A stretch of 64,000 nucleotides of DNA from Bacillota bacterium. GTDB taxonomy: Bacteria > Bacillota > Dethiobacteria > DTU022 > UBA8154. The notes beneath the pieces are model-generated. The model searched no databases and was not told where the DNA came from. It saw only the letters and a program-made list of their open reading frames with translations. The translations under genes were made by a program, and so were the position numbers. This document shows, piece by piece, positions 28,986 to 40,260 of this stretch; position 1 is the stretch's first letter, and every line of letters starts with the position of its first letter. Location of the stretch: NCBI GenBank assembly GCA_012728375.1, contig JAAYFF010000080.1:167-64166 (forward strand), written 5' to 3'.

Positions 28986-29110
28986 GTAACTGCTCAAAGG
29001 ATATTCCTTTTGCAAGAGGTGTGTCCCCGCACCCGCACCTTAGAAAGTAGGGAAGACGATGGAACCGTCTCGCGGCAATGACAGATTATCTTTTATAATG
29101 AGCAGTTACA
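28986..29110 (+). ncRNA. Candidate structured 5-prime leader / cis-regulatory RNA upstream of pdaD-speE-speB
   Basis: 11-bp perfect long-range pairing, GTAACTGCTCA (28986-96) with TGAGCAGTTAC (29100-10). It encloses two internal hairpins, AGGTGTG...CGCACCT and GACG...CGTC. No known family recognised. Confidence 0.35.
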
Positions 29111-29158
29111 ATCAAAGAAGAAAATAGATACTAGAGAACTGGGAAGCAGGTGAAGTGA

Positions 29159-29617
29159 GTGTTCGTAAAGCCGGAGCATTTTATTATCGTCGCGGCAGGA
29201 GCTGAAGGAGATCATGCGCTGACGGCTTTTGACAACTGTCTTTTAAAGGCAGGCATCGGGAATGTAAATTTGGTGCGCCTAAGCAGTATTCTCCCCCCTG
29301 GATGCAAAGAAGCAGAAAAGGGAATTAGTTTTCCCCCGGGGGCTTTTGTCCCTACAGCTTACGGTTCTATTAACAGCGAAAAGAAGGGGGAGCTTATCGC
29401 AGCAGCAGTGGGTATAGGTTTTTCCGAAGACAGTTTCGGGGTTATAATGGAGCATGCCGGCTATTGCAGTGCCGAGAGCGCCAGGGCCAAAGTGGAAGAG
29501 ATGATCAAGGAAGCCTTTGCCAATCGCGGCCAGGCTTTAAAGGATGTGAAAATAAAAAGCGTGGAACACAGGGTAGAAAAAGCAGGGGCTGTCGTAGCGG
29601 CAGTGGCATTATGGTAA
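29159..29617 (+). CDS. pdaD: Pyruvoyl-dependent arginine decarboxylase (PdaD family)
   Basis: GTG start. 'AFDNCLLKAGIGNVNLVRLSSILPP' with the Ser-Ser self-cleavage site. Length 152 aa. Confidence 0.8.
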   Translation: MFVKPEHFIIVAAGAEGDHALTAFDNCLLKAGIGNVNLVRLSSILPPGCKEAEKGISFPPGAFVPTAYGSINSEKKGELIAAAVGIGFSEDSFGVIMEHAGYCSAESARAKVEEMIKEAFANRGQALKDVKIKSVEHRVEKAGAVVAAVALW

Positions 29618-29650
29618 CTTTCCATAATTTTTAAGGCTGGTGAAGATAAC

Positions 29651-30481
29651 TTGGAGATGGAGCTTTGGTATACGGAGAAGCAGACACCCAATGTTGGGAT
29701 AACTTGCAAGGTGAAAGAAACCCTTTGGCGTTGCCAGACAGATTACCAAGAGTTGGCAGTCCTGGATACTTTTCAGTTCGGCCGGATCCTTCTCCTGGAC
29801 GGAATGGTGCAGGCCACGGCAGCTGATGAATTTGTTTACCACGAAATGATTGTCCATGTTCCCATGTGCACTCACCCTGCTCCGAAGACAGTAGTTGTTG
29901 TCGGCGGCGGGGATGGCGGGACTGTTCGGGAAATTTGCAAATATCCTTCTGTGGAGAAGGTTATTCTGGTAGAGATCGATGCTCAGGTTGTGGAAGCAGC
30001 GCGCAAATTTTTCCCGGAGATCGCCTGCAGCCTTGATGACCCCAGGGTGGAGATTTGCTATGCGGACGGCATTGAATATATTCGTTCCCTGGATTCTTTC
30101 TGTGATCTTATCATTGTTGATTCCACAGAGCCTGTCGGGCCGGCAATAGGCCTTTTTGACACTCCTTTTTATCAGTCGGTTTTTAAGGCCTTAAAAGAGG
30201 ACGGAATTCTTGTTGCCCAAACGGAATCTCCCTTTTTTAATGCAGAGCTGATCAGAAATGTTTTCTCCAGGGTAAAGAGCGTTTTTCCCTCCAGTTACTT
30301 TTACCTGGCGTCTGTTCCAACGTATCCCAGCGGTCTTTGGAGTTTTACCATGGGGTCGAAAAAGTATGATCCGCAAAAACCGGAAGGAACTTTTATTCCG
30401 CAGAATACCCGCTATTACTGGCCGGGAATACACAAGAGCTCTCTAATCCTCCCCAGATTCGTGCAGGAATTGCTGGAATAA
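29651..30481 (+). CDS. speE: Spermidine synthase (polyamine aminopropyltransferase)
   Basis: 'ELWYTEK' N-terminus. 'VVGGGDGGTVREI' and 'DSTEPVGPA' motifs. Confidence 0.9.
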   Translation: MEMELWYTEKQTPNVGITCKVKETLWRCQTDYQELAVLDTFQFGRILLLDGMVQATAADEFVYHEMIVHVPMCTHPAPKTVVVVGGGDGGTVREICKYPSVEKVILVEIDAQVVEAARKFFPEIACSLDDPRVEICYADGIEYIRSLDSFCDLIIVDSTEPVGPAIGLFDTPFYQSVFKALKEDGILVAQTESPFFNAELIRNVFSRVKSVFPSSYFYLASVPTYPSGLWSFTMGSKKYDPQKPEGTFIPQNTRYYWPGIHKSSLILPRFVQELLE

Positions 30482-30502
30482 CATTTAAGGAGAGAAAAAA
30501 AA

Positions 30503-31369
30503 GTGGCCTTTAAAATTTCGGGGACCGAAAATACGGGACTGTTTCTGGCTGCCGGGAATAACGCTGACGAGGCTGCCGGGGTGCTGCTCGGATGTCCTCT
30601 GGATGATACCGGCTCGTTCAGGACAGGAAGCCGGTTTGCCCCCGGATCTGTGCGGATGGTTTCTCCTGCCCTTGAAGAGTACAGCCTTTACAGCAAGAAA
30701 GATCTCCGGGACCTTTCCTTTTTTGATGCCGGAGACTTAAAGCTGGCACCGGGTGATACAGGGACTTCCCTTGGGGCTATTGCAGGCGCGGTTTCTTCCC
30801 TGTTGGAAAAAGAAAAAAAGCCCTTTTTGATAGGTGGAGAGCACACAATTACCTTTGGTGCTGTCCAGGGTTGTCTGAAGAAGTATCCGGAGCTGACGGT
30901 TCTGTGCTTTGATGCCCATGCCGATATGCGTTCTTCATACGGAGGAGCGCCTTATTCCCATGCTTCGGTGGCGTACTACCTGAGGCAGTTGGCGGGAGTA
31001 CATCTTTATCAGTTTGGGATCCGTTCCGCAGATAAAGAGGAAATAAAAGATTTGCCGGAAGGGAGTGCATTTTTCTTTTCCCTGAAGAAACCCTTGATGG
31101 AGTTGCTTCCATCTTTACGGGACAGGTCGCTTTATATCTCCCTGGACATTGATATCGTTGATCCCGCGTTTGCACCCGGTGTAACAGCTCCGGAACCGGG
31201 AGGGATTTCTTCCGGAGAACTGCTGGAAATTTTTCCACTGCTGGAAGGCCTGAAGGAGAATATTATTGCTTTTGATTTGGTGGAGATCTGCCCTCCTTAT
31301 GATCCTTCACAGATTACTGCATTGCTGGGGGCTAAAATTATCAGAGAAGCCCTTTTGACTTTTTTATAA
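30503..31369 (+). CDS. speB: Agmatinase (arginase/ureohydrolase family)
   Basis: GTG start. Mn-binding 'DAHADM' and 'SLDIDIVDPAFAPGV'. Confidence 0.88.
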   Translation: MAFKISGTENTGLFLAAGNNADEAAGVLLGCPLDDTGSFRTGSRFAPGSVRMVSPALEEYSLYSKKDLRDLSFFDAGDLKLAPGDTGTSLGAIAGAVSSLLEKEKKPFLIGGEHTITFGAVQGCLKKYPELTVLCFDAHADMRSSYGGAPYSHASVAYYLRQLAGVHLYQFGIRSADKEEIKDLPEGSAFFFSLKKPLMELLPSLRDRSLYISLDIDIVDPAFAPGVTAPEPGGISSGELLEIFPLLEGLKENIIAFDLVEICPPYDPSQITALLGAKIIREALLTFL

Positions 31370-31425
31370 CGTTGAAAAAGATGACCGGGTAGAAATCGGG
31401 TAGAAATACTAGAAAGGAAGGATAA

Positions 31426-33066
<1,641 letters not shown>

Positions 33067-33315
33067 TTTTTCGCGAAGGAATAAACTGTCAAGGGGCGAA
33101 ATAAATATATAAGGCTTTAGTGGCCGAACTATTTACTTACAGAAAGGATTGTCTGCTTTTGGAAACGGCGGTTTTCTGATAGAGTCCATTTTTACCGCCA
33201 CTGGTGGGGATAACCATGGAGTCGTTTTTTCGGGAGTTAAGCAGGATTCTAAATCTTTTCTTTCCTAAAAGAAGCCGGGATTTTCTTTCCAGATCGAAAG
33301 GAGTACCGTGGAATC

Positions 33316-33978
33316 ATGTTTAAAAATTTTTTAGACGATTTTTATGATATTCTGTTTAATCCCGTTAAAGGGCTGCAGCGTGTGGCAGAATACAGAAATA
33401 TATGGCAGGGTTTGGTTGTTTATTTAGTGGTCAGCATTGTTGTATCGTTGGCCACTTTTAATGTGGATTTGTCTACTGCCCCATGGGTGCCCCCCGAGTT
33501 GTTTGCTCCTTATTTGCTCCCCGACATTTTTGCGATAACCCGATCCTTAATTCCACTGCTGACGCTTTTTATTCAGGTGTTTTTTGGACCGCTGTATTTT
33601 TTTCTCATGGTGGCCATACTAAATTTTGTCACAGGTCTTTTAAACGGTAAAGGGAAGACAACTTCCCTGGGAGCAGTTTTAGGTTGCTCCTATCTACCCT
33701 TTCTTTTAATTGCCGCGGGCGGACTGCTTGAACGTTATAGCGCTTTTAACGTTCTGGGACTGATTGGTCTAATTGCCTTTCTCTGGTCGATGGGACTAAA
33801 GATTACCGGTATTAAGGTGGTTCACGGCTTTTCCTGGGGGCGTGCCGCCCTGGCCTTTTTCATGCCAATAATTGCTTTTGCCACGTCATTTCTTCTCTTC
33901 ATTCTGTTAGCCATTGTTTTTTTACTCCCCATGGTCATGCAGGCCCTGGAAAATTTTCCGGAGTATTCAACTTTTTAA
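33316..33978 (+). CDS. Yip1-family integral membrane protein
   Basis: Five predicted TM segments. N-terminal 'FYDILFNPVKGLQRV' pattern is typical of the Yip1/DUF1282 family. Confidence 0.5.
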   Translation: MFKNFLDDFYDILFNPVKGLQRVAEYRNIWQGLVVYLVVSIVVSLATFNVDLSTAPWVPPELFAPYLLPDIFAITRSLIPLLTLFIQVFFGPLYFFLMVAILNFVTGLLNGKGKTTSLGAVLGCSYLPFLLIAAGGLLERYSAFNVLGLIGLIAFLWSMGLKITGIKVVHGFSWGRAALAFFMPIIAFATSFLLFILLAIVFLLPMVMQALENFPEYSTF

Positions 33979-34100
33979 ACGGTGCCCGGCATACGGCCGT
34001 TTTGCCGGAACAATTGCAGTTGCTGGGAAACAAGCGGTTTACTGCCTAAAGAGGCGGGGTATGTTGCCGACAATTTAGACTGAAAGGGAGTGGGGATGCA

Positions 34101-34766
34101 ATGAAGTTTTTTCTTGATTCAGCAAATCTTCAAGAAATTAAAGAAGCAATTTCGTGGGGAGTGATAAGCGGGGTAACAACAAATCCGACGCTTGTTTCCA
34201 AGGAGGCGGGCCCCTTTGAGGAGCTGGTTAAAGAAATATGCCGCCTTTTGCAGGATAACCCTGTCAGCGTGGAAGTGCTGAGCACCACTTCCGGCGGGAT
34301 GGTGGAAGAAGCCCGGCGTCTGGCTGCCTTAGCAGAAAATGTAGTTGTGAAGATCCCCATGGGGGTTGAAGGGCTTAAGGCTGTGTACCGCCTTTCTTCC
34401 GAAGGGAAAAGGGTTCCCTGCAACGTAACGCTGATTTTTTCCGCTAATCAGGCGCTCCTTGCCTCCCGGGCCGGAGCGGCATATGTTAGCCCGTTTATTG
34501 GGCGGATTGATGATATCAGCTGGGATGGAGTCGGTCTGGTAAGGAAGATAATGGATATTTTTACCTGTCAGAAGCTGGACACCCTTGTTATCGCAGCGAG
34601 TATCCGCCATCCCCTACATGTAGAGGAGGTTGCAGCTGCAGGTGCACATGTGGCGACTGTTCCCTTTTCAGTCCTGCGTCAGATGTCCCGGCATCCCCTG
34701 ACTGATCTGGGAATTGAGCGTTTCTTGGCGGACTGGGAAAAAACCCGCCGGGAAGAGAAAATATAA
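34101..34766 (+). CDS. tal: Transaldolase / fructose-6-phosphate aldolase family
   Basis: '[13 protein letters not shown]...GVTTNPTL'. Schiff-base Lys region 'VVKIP'. Confidence 0.88.
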   Translation: MKFFLDSANLQEIKEAISWGVISGVTTNPTLVSKEAGPFEELVKEICRLLQDNPVSVEVLSTTSGGMVEEARRLAALAENVVVKIPMGVEGLKAVYRLSSEGKRVPCNVTLIFSANQALLASRAGAAYVSPFIGRIDDISWDGVGLVRKIMDIFTCQKLDTLVIAASIRHPLHVEEVAAAGAHVATVPFSVLRQMSRHPLTDLGIERFLADWEKTRREEKI

Positions 34767-34804
34767 CATCTTTTCACGATTATTTACAAAGGAGAGGAGA
34801 GGTT

Positions 34805-35809
34805 ATGGAACGGGAGCTGGCATTGGAGTTTGTACGTGTAACCGAGGCAGCAGCTCTGGCCACAGGGAGGCTTATGGGCAGGGGCGATAAAAATGCTGCC
34901 GACGGAGCTGCCGTAGAGGCTATGCGCAGGGCCTTCGATACCGTTTACATTGACGGTGTCGTGGTCATCGGAGAAGGTGAAATGGATGAAGCCCCGATGC
35001 TGTACATCGGTGAAAAAGTCGGAGTTGGAACGCCCCCTCAGGTTGATGTGGCGGTTGATCCACTGGAGGGAACAAACCTGGTGGCCAAAGGACTTCCTAA
35101 CGCTCTTTCCGTGCTGGCCGTAGCTCCCCGTAATTGTCTTTTGCATGCACCCGATATCTATATGGACAAGATCGCAGTGGGTCCAAAAGCAAAGGGATGT
35201 ATCAAGCTTGACGCTTCTGTCGAGGAGAATATTGGTTCAGTCGCGGAAGCCCTGGGTAAAAAGATCGAGGATATGGTGGCAATTATTCTTGACCGCGAGC
35301 GCCACCAGGAAACTATCGAAGAGTTGCGCCGGCTGGGAGCAAGAGTAAAGCTGATTTCCGACGGGGATGTTTCTGCAGCGATTGCCACGGCGGTAGAGGG
35401 AACCGGCGTGGATATCCTTTTTGGGATAGGCGGTGCCCCCGAAGGTGTCCTGGCAGCAGCGGCATTGAAATGTTTGGGTGGAGATATACAGGGGCGTTTG
35501 ATACCGGAAGATGAAGAGGACAGAAAACGGATTATAGCAATGGGGCTGCAGGACCCGGAACAAATATTAACGATGGATGATTTGATTAAAGGGGACGATG
35601 TCATTTTTTCGGCAACGGGGATTACGGACGGAGATTTTCTGCAAGGAGTGAGGTATGCCGGCAACCTGGCCACAACTCACTCCGTTGTTATGAGAGGACT
35701 TACCGGAACAGTTCGCTTTATTCAAGCGACTCACAGATTGGACTTAAAACCAAACTTCGTAGCGAGGAGCAGCCCCCAGCCTTCCCGGAAGCCCCCCGGA
35801 GAGGCATAA
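34805..35809 (+). CDS. glpX: Fructose-1,6-bisphosphatase class II (GlpX)
   Basis: '[14 protein letters not shown]...[13 protein letters not shown]'. About 25-aa C-terminal extension. Confidence 0.88.
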   Translation: MERELALEFVRVTEAAALATGRLMGRGDKNAADGAAVEAMRRAFDTVYIDGVVVIGEGEMDEAPMLYIGEKVGVGTPPQVDVAVDPLEGTNLVAKGLPNALSVLAVAPRNCLLHAPDIYMDKIAVGPKAKGCIKLDASVEENIGSVAEALGKKIEDMVAIILDRERHQETIEELRRLGARVKLISDGDVSAAIATAVEGTGVDILFGIGGAPEGVLAAAALKCLGGDIQGRLIPEDEEDRKRIIAMGLQDPEQILTMDDLIKGDDVIFSATGITDGDFLQGVRYAGNLATTHSVVMRGLTGTVRFIQATHRLDLKPNFVARSSPQPSRKPPGEA

Positions 35810-35867
35810 AAAAAAATGAAAAAGTAAAGTTTGAGCTGCCCTAAGCGGGGGAATACTATTGAATATA

Positions 35868-36440
35868 TGGCTGTTATTTTTTATATGCTGGGCTAATTGT
35901 TCTTGCCGGAACAGGGCTTAGCAAGTATGCAAAAAAAATATCCGCCGGCCTGGGCTTAAGCAGTGCCTGGGCCGGAACCCTTCTTCTCTCCATAGCAACA
36001 CCCCTTCCCGAACCGGTTGCCATTTGCCGAGCTGTTACGAGATTTAGCCGGTAGCAACATTTTTGGAAGCAACCTTTTCAATCTGACACTTCTGCTTTTG
36101 GTCAACCTTTTGCACTTAGGAAGCCTTTTAGAGCCCCGCGCAAAAGGGGGACTTAATTGTTACCGCGCTTTTTACTATTGTTTTAACTGGTTTTGCTCTA
36201 GCTGCCAGGGCGATGAAACTCCCCTTTCGCACCGGTTGGGTTGGGGTCTTTCTCCTCAGCATATAATTACTGCCATAATGTCGATAATTCTGACAACCGT
36301 AACGGTTATCGTTTTGCTAATTCCCGAACGCCGCATTATTCCAGTCCTTAGCGTATCATCTATCATCATCCTTATTGGATACTATTGGATACTTGGCCAC
36401 CTTTATTTACCTATTTTATACAGGTTAAAGGCTGGTGTGA
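35868..36440 (+). pseudogene. Frameshifted and truncated remnant of a Na+/Ca2+ exchanger (CaCA/YrbG family) membrane protein
   Basis: Fragments 'GLIVLAGTGLSKYAKKISAGLGLSS...LSIATPLPEP' and 'GSNIFGSNLFNL' (alpha-repeat motifs) lie in different frames. 'IVTALFTIVLTGFALAARAMKLPF' is in a third. The 152-aa ORF 36017-36475 is a composite of these. Confidence 0.6.
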
Positions 36441-36455
36441 AAGAGAGGGATATCT

Positions 36456-37700
36456 TTGCAGTTAGCGGAACTTGATGCCATGAACCTGGATGAATTGCAG
36501 CGATTGGCGAAAGAGAATGAAATAAAAGGCTTCAGCACCATGAAAAAAAGGGATCTGATTTTTGCTCTGCTCAAACAGGAGACAGAGGCAGAAGGCCTGA
36601 TTTTTGCTCAGGGTGTTTTGGAAATTGTTTCCGAGGGTTTCGGCTTCTTGCGGCGAGTTAATTACCTTCCTCACGAGGATGATATTTATATTTCCGCTTC
36701 CCAGATCCGCCGGTTCAGCTTAAGAACAGGAGATTTGGTTTCCGGTAAAGTCAGGCCCCCGAAGGAAAATGAGCGCTATTATGCTCTGTTACATGTGGAT
36801 GCAGTTAATAACATGGATCCTGAGAAGGCAGCAAAAAGGCCTCATTTTTCCGACTTGGTCCCCATTCATCCGCAGGAACAGCTTATCCTGGAAAGAGATC
36901 CGGACGGGATGGCAACGCGCATTATTGACCTGCTTATACCTGTGGGAAAAGGACAGAGGGGACTGATCGTCTCTCCGCCGAAAGCGGGGAAAACTTTTTT
37001 ATTAAAAATGATTGCCAACAGCATTTCCGAAAATTACCCTTCCTTAGAGCTGATCGTCCTTCTTATCGATGAAAGGCCGGAGGAAGTGACAGACATGCGC
37101 CGGTCCGTCAAAGGTGAAGTACTAAGCTCTACTTTTGATGAACGGCCTGATAACCATATTCGCCTGGCCGAATTGGTCCTGGAGCGCTCGCAGCGGCTTG
37201 TGGAACATGGACAGGATGTGGTTATTCTTCTGGACAGCATTACCCGGCTGACCCGCGCTTACAACCTGGTTATTCCTCCCAGCGGGAGGACGCTCTCCGG
37301 GGGGATAGACCCTGCTGCTTTCTACAAACCCAAGCGTTTTTTCGGCGCAGCCAGGAATATCGATGAGGGTGGTAGCCTGACGATACTGGCGACAGCCCTT
37401 ATTGATACGGGCAGCCGAATGGATGATGTTATTTACGAGGAGTTCAAAGGAACTGGCAACCTTGAATTGCACCTGGACCGTAAAATTGCTGAAAGGAGAT
37501 ATTTCCCAGCCATCGATATACCAAGGTCCGGAACGCGGCGTGAAGAACTTCTGGTTAACAGCAACACCCTTGAACTTATGTGGGCCCTCAGGCGATCGAT
37601 GAACTCCAGCTCTCCCGCTGAATTCCTGGAAGCTCTCATTGAGCGCTTGAAGAAAACCCCTAACAATGCCACCTTCCTGGAGAACCTCCATAATTTATAA
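36456..37700 (+). CDS. rho: Transcription termination factor Rho
   Basis: N-terminal 'DLIFALLK'. RNA-binding 'GFGFLR'. Walker A 'SPPKAGKT'. Start is TTG 36456 or ATG 36480. Confidence 0.93.
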   Translation: MQLAELDAMNLDELQRLAKENEIKGFSTMKKRDLIFALLKQETEAEGLIFAQGVLEIVSEGFGFLRRVNYLPHEDDIYISASQIRRFSLRTGDLVSGKVRPPKENERYYALLHVDAVNNMDPEKAAKRPHFSDLVPIHPQEQLILERDPDGMATRIIDLLIPVGKGQRGLIVSPPKAGKTFLLKMIANSISENYPSLELIVLLIDERPEEVTDMRRSVKGEVLSSTFDERPDNHIRLAELVLERSQRLVEHGQDVVILLDSITRLTRAYNLVIPPSGRTLSGGIDPAAFYKPKRFFGAARNIDEGGSLTILATALIDTGSRMDDVIYEEFKGTGNLELHLDRKIAERRYFPAIDIPRSGTRREELLVNSNTLELMWALRRSMNSSSPAEFLEALIERLKKTPNNATFLENLHNL

Positions 37701-37871
37701 AAGCTTGCAACGGCTCAGGGGCCGGAAGCGTTAGTTCTGAACTCCTGAAAGCATTTGTACGTTCAACCTTTTCTTTTTCCTTCCTTTGCTCCCGGAGAAG
37801 CCTGAAGGCTTGTCAGATGCATATTTCTCTATTGTCCAGTAAACAATAGGGGGAAGAATGCGAGTTCGGGA

Positions 37872-38849
37872 GTGGCATTTATGAACAAATTGCTTAATTC
37901 TTTTTTTAAAAAAAGGCTGTTCTTAGCGCTGGTTTGGGGAGCGATCCCTCTGTCATTAACGGTTTTTATTCCGGCTGCAGCCGAAACAGCAGATTTTTCG
38001 CGGCCGGCTTACCTTGAAGAATTGGAGAATTACCGGTTCTCTGTAGAGCAATATAAAACATGGCAGGAAAAGCTAAAAAGAAAGGAAGCCCTGAAAAAAG
38101 CCCTTGTCCAGCATCAAATTAAACCGGGTGAAACTCTAAGCGGAATTGCCGGTTTGTACGGGACTAATGTACAAGCGCTTGCCTACTGGAATAACATTTC
38201 CAATCCGCATTTTATCCGCGCAGGTCAGGTTCTTGATATTATTACCGTTAAAGGAAGTCTTCATCATGTCCGGAAGGGAGACACGCTGGAGCGTATCGCC
38301 CATGAATATAATGTTGAGCCTGCTGTAATTGCCGCCTTTAACCTGTTGGATGAGCGGAAAATGTATGAAGGGCAAAAGCTGGTTATCCCCGGAGGGATCT
38401 GCGCTGCGGAAAAGGATTTTGGACAGGCGGCAGTGCTGGCATCCCGCGGGAACAGAAATATACCGGAAGGCGTTTCCTCTGCCCCTGTATTTGAGTGGCC
38501 GGTCATTGGAAAGATAACATCTTACTTTGGTATGCGCAACGGGCTCTTTCATTTTGGCCTGGACATTGGCGCCCCCTATGGGGAGGAGATAAGGGCGGCT
38601 GCCGGGGGAAAGGTGGAGTATACCGGTATACAAACAGGTTATGGACGTATGATTATCATTGATCACGGACGGGGATGGAGGACGCTTTATGCCCATAATT
38701 CAAAAAATCTTGTCTCAAAAGGGGAGGCGGTTTCAGCAGGGCAAATCATAGCCAGAATAGGAGCAACCGGTAATGCGACAGGACCTCATCTCCATCTGGA
38801 AATTATTTACGAAAGCAAAAAGCTTGATCCGCTGCTTTTCCTTCCATAA
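37872..38849 (+). CDS. Secreted M23 metallopeptidase with two LysM domains
   Basis: Signal peptide. LysM x2 ('IKPGETLSGIAGLYGTNV', 'HHVRKGDTLERIAHEYNV'). M23 motifs 'FHFGLDIG' and 'HLHLEI'. Confidence 0.82.
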   Translation: MAFMNKLLNSFFKKRLFLALVWGAIPLSLTVFIPAAAETADFSRPAYLEELENYRFSVEQYKTWQEKLKRKEALKKALVQHQIKPGETLSGIAGLYGTNVQALAYWNNISNPHFIRAGQVLDIITVKGSLHHVRKGDTLERIAHEYNVEPAVIAAFNLLDERKMYEGQKLVIPGGICAAEKDFGQAAVLASRGNRNIPEGVSSAPVFEWPVIGKITSYFGMRNGLFHFGLDIGAPYGEEIRAAAGGKVEYTGIQTGYGRMIIIDHGRGWRTLYAHNSKNLVSKGEAVSAGQIIARIGATGNATGPHLHLEIIYESKKLDPLLFLP

Positions 38850-39004
38850 ACGTTTTGCTCAGCTTCTAAGCGACGGGTGAAGCCTCTTTTTAGTATTGCC
38901 AAAAGCCCTGCTGTTGTGTTATTATATATGCCAGCGCCGGGTTGGTTTGTCCGGTAATACGGCATGGCAGGAAACTCGGGTTGTTGAGAAAAGAGGTGAA
39001 CAGC

Positions 39005-39205
39005 ATGAAAAAGGATATTCATCCCAAGTATGTAAAAGCAAAGATTACTTGTGCCTGCGGGTCGACTTATGAAGTTAGTTCCATAAAAAAGGAATTGAAA
39101 GTGGAGATCTGTTCTAATTGTCATCCTTTTTTTACCGGAAAACAAAAGTTTGTTGATACCGGCGGCAGAGTGGAACGGTTTAAGCGCAAATACGGCATGG
39201 AATAA
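39005..39205 (+). CDS. rpmE: 50S ribosomal protein L31 (Zn-ribbon type)
   Basis: 'MKKDIHPKY...CACGSTYEV...[10 protein letters not shown]'. RBS AAGAGGTG. Confidence 0.93.
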   Translation: MKKDIHPKYVKAKITCACGSTYEVSSIKKELKVEICSNCHPFFTGKQKFVDTGGRVERFKRKYGME

Positions 39206-39248
39206 TGGAGATGACCTGGCAGGGCTCATTTGAAGCCCTGTTTTCAAT

Positions 39249-40160
39249 TTGCAAGCAAGGTGCGTGTTGCACGTGAAAAATGCCAAAGTATCCGTTGGCG
39301 GTCAGGCCGTTATTGAAGGGGTTATGATGCGCAATAAGAGCAGGATCGCCATTGCGCTCCGCCAGGGGGAAGGAAATATTGTTGTTTTGAAAAGCACTTT
39401 TTCGTCCCTTGGAGATCGCTGCTTTGTTTTTAAATGGCCTGTTTTAAGAGGAATCGTCTCTTTTTTTGAAGCCCTAATCCTTGGTTTTAGATCCATATCT
39501 TCCTCAGCAGCATACGTTTTGGACGAAGAAGAAGAATTAAAGGGATGGGAGCTGCCTTTGACAATTGTTGTGTCTCTCGCGGCAGGGATAAGCTTGTTTA
39601 TTCTCCTCCCCACATTTTTAATGAAATACCTGCATCAAGGCCTGGAAAGACCACTATTGCTCAACCTCGGTGAAGGCGGACTGCGGCTTTTTATTTTCTT
39701 AAGCTATATTTATCTTGTTTCGCGCTGGAAAGAGATAAACCGCGTTTTCCAATACCACGGGGCGGAGCACAAGGCTATTGCCTGTTACGAGGCCGGCAGG
39801 CCGCTGACAGTGGAAGATGCCAGGCCTTTTAGTACGTTACACCGTCGTTGCGGGACCAACTTTTTGTTGATCGTTATGGTTATTAGTATCGTCCTCTTTT
39901 CCTTCTTTGGATGGCCGGTTTTATGGCAGCGGGTCCTGCTTCGCCTTTTATTATTGCCTTTAGTTGCCGGCCTTTCTTATGAAGTTATCCGCATAGCCGG
40001 CCGCAAAGACAATTTTGTGACGCGGATTGTTTCCCAGCCCGGACTCTGGCTGCAGTTGCTGACAACAAAAAAGCCTGCAGACGATCAGGTGGAAGTGGCT
40101 CTTTCCGCTCTAAAAGCAGTGCTGTTGGATGATGAAAAAGGAGAGCTTCCTGCCTGTTAG
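39249..40160 (+). CDS. DUF1385 family membrane protein (YqhQ-like)
   Basis: 'GGQAVIEGVMMR' N-terminal motif. Conserved rpmE-DUF1385-prfA arrangement. True start is probably TTG 39267 or GTG 39273. Confidence 0.65.
   Translation: MQARCVLHVKNAKVSVGGQAVIEGVMMRNKSRIAIALRQGEGNIVVLKSTFSSLGDRCFVFKWPVLRGIVSFFEALILGFRSISSSAAYVLDEEEELKGWELPLTIVVSLAAGISLFILLPTFLMKYLHQGLERPLLLNLGEGGLRLFIFLSYIYLVSRWKEINRVFQYHGAEHKAIACYEAGRPLTVEDARPFSTLHRRCGTNFLLIVMVISIVLFSFFGWPVLWQRVLLRLLLLPLVAGLSYEVIRIAGRKDNFVTRIVSQPGLWLQLLTTKKPADDQVEVALSALKAVLLDDEKGELPAC
39265..39280. promoter_or_regulatory. Near-consensus parS (TGTTGCACGTGAAAAA, 15/16)
   Basis: One mismatch to TGTTNCACGTGAAACA. Lies at the 5-prime end of the DUF1385 gene, about 37.6 kb from the spo0J parS. 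Confidence 0.4.
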
Positions 40161-40260
40161 TAAAGGTAATAAATAACCGAAAATATATATTTTGGCTATT
40201 TAACCTTTTTAATACTGCAAATTTAATACCGTATAGTCACCATGGAGGTTGTTAGTCTTA

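Noticed and set aside
36017-36475. 152-aa ORF annotated in the six-frame track
   Set aside because: It is a composite read-through of frameshifted Na+/Ca2+ exchanger fragments and overlaps the rho start. It is treated as part of the pseudogene.
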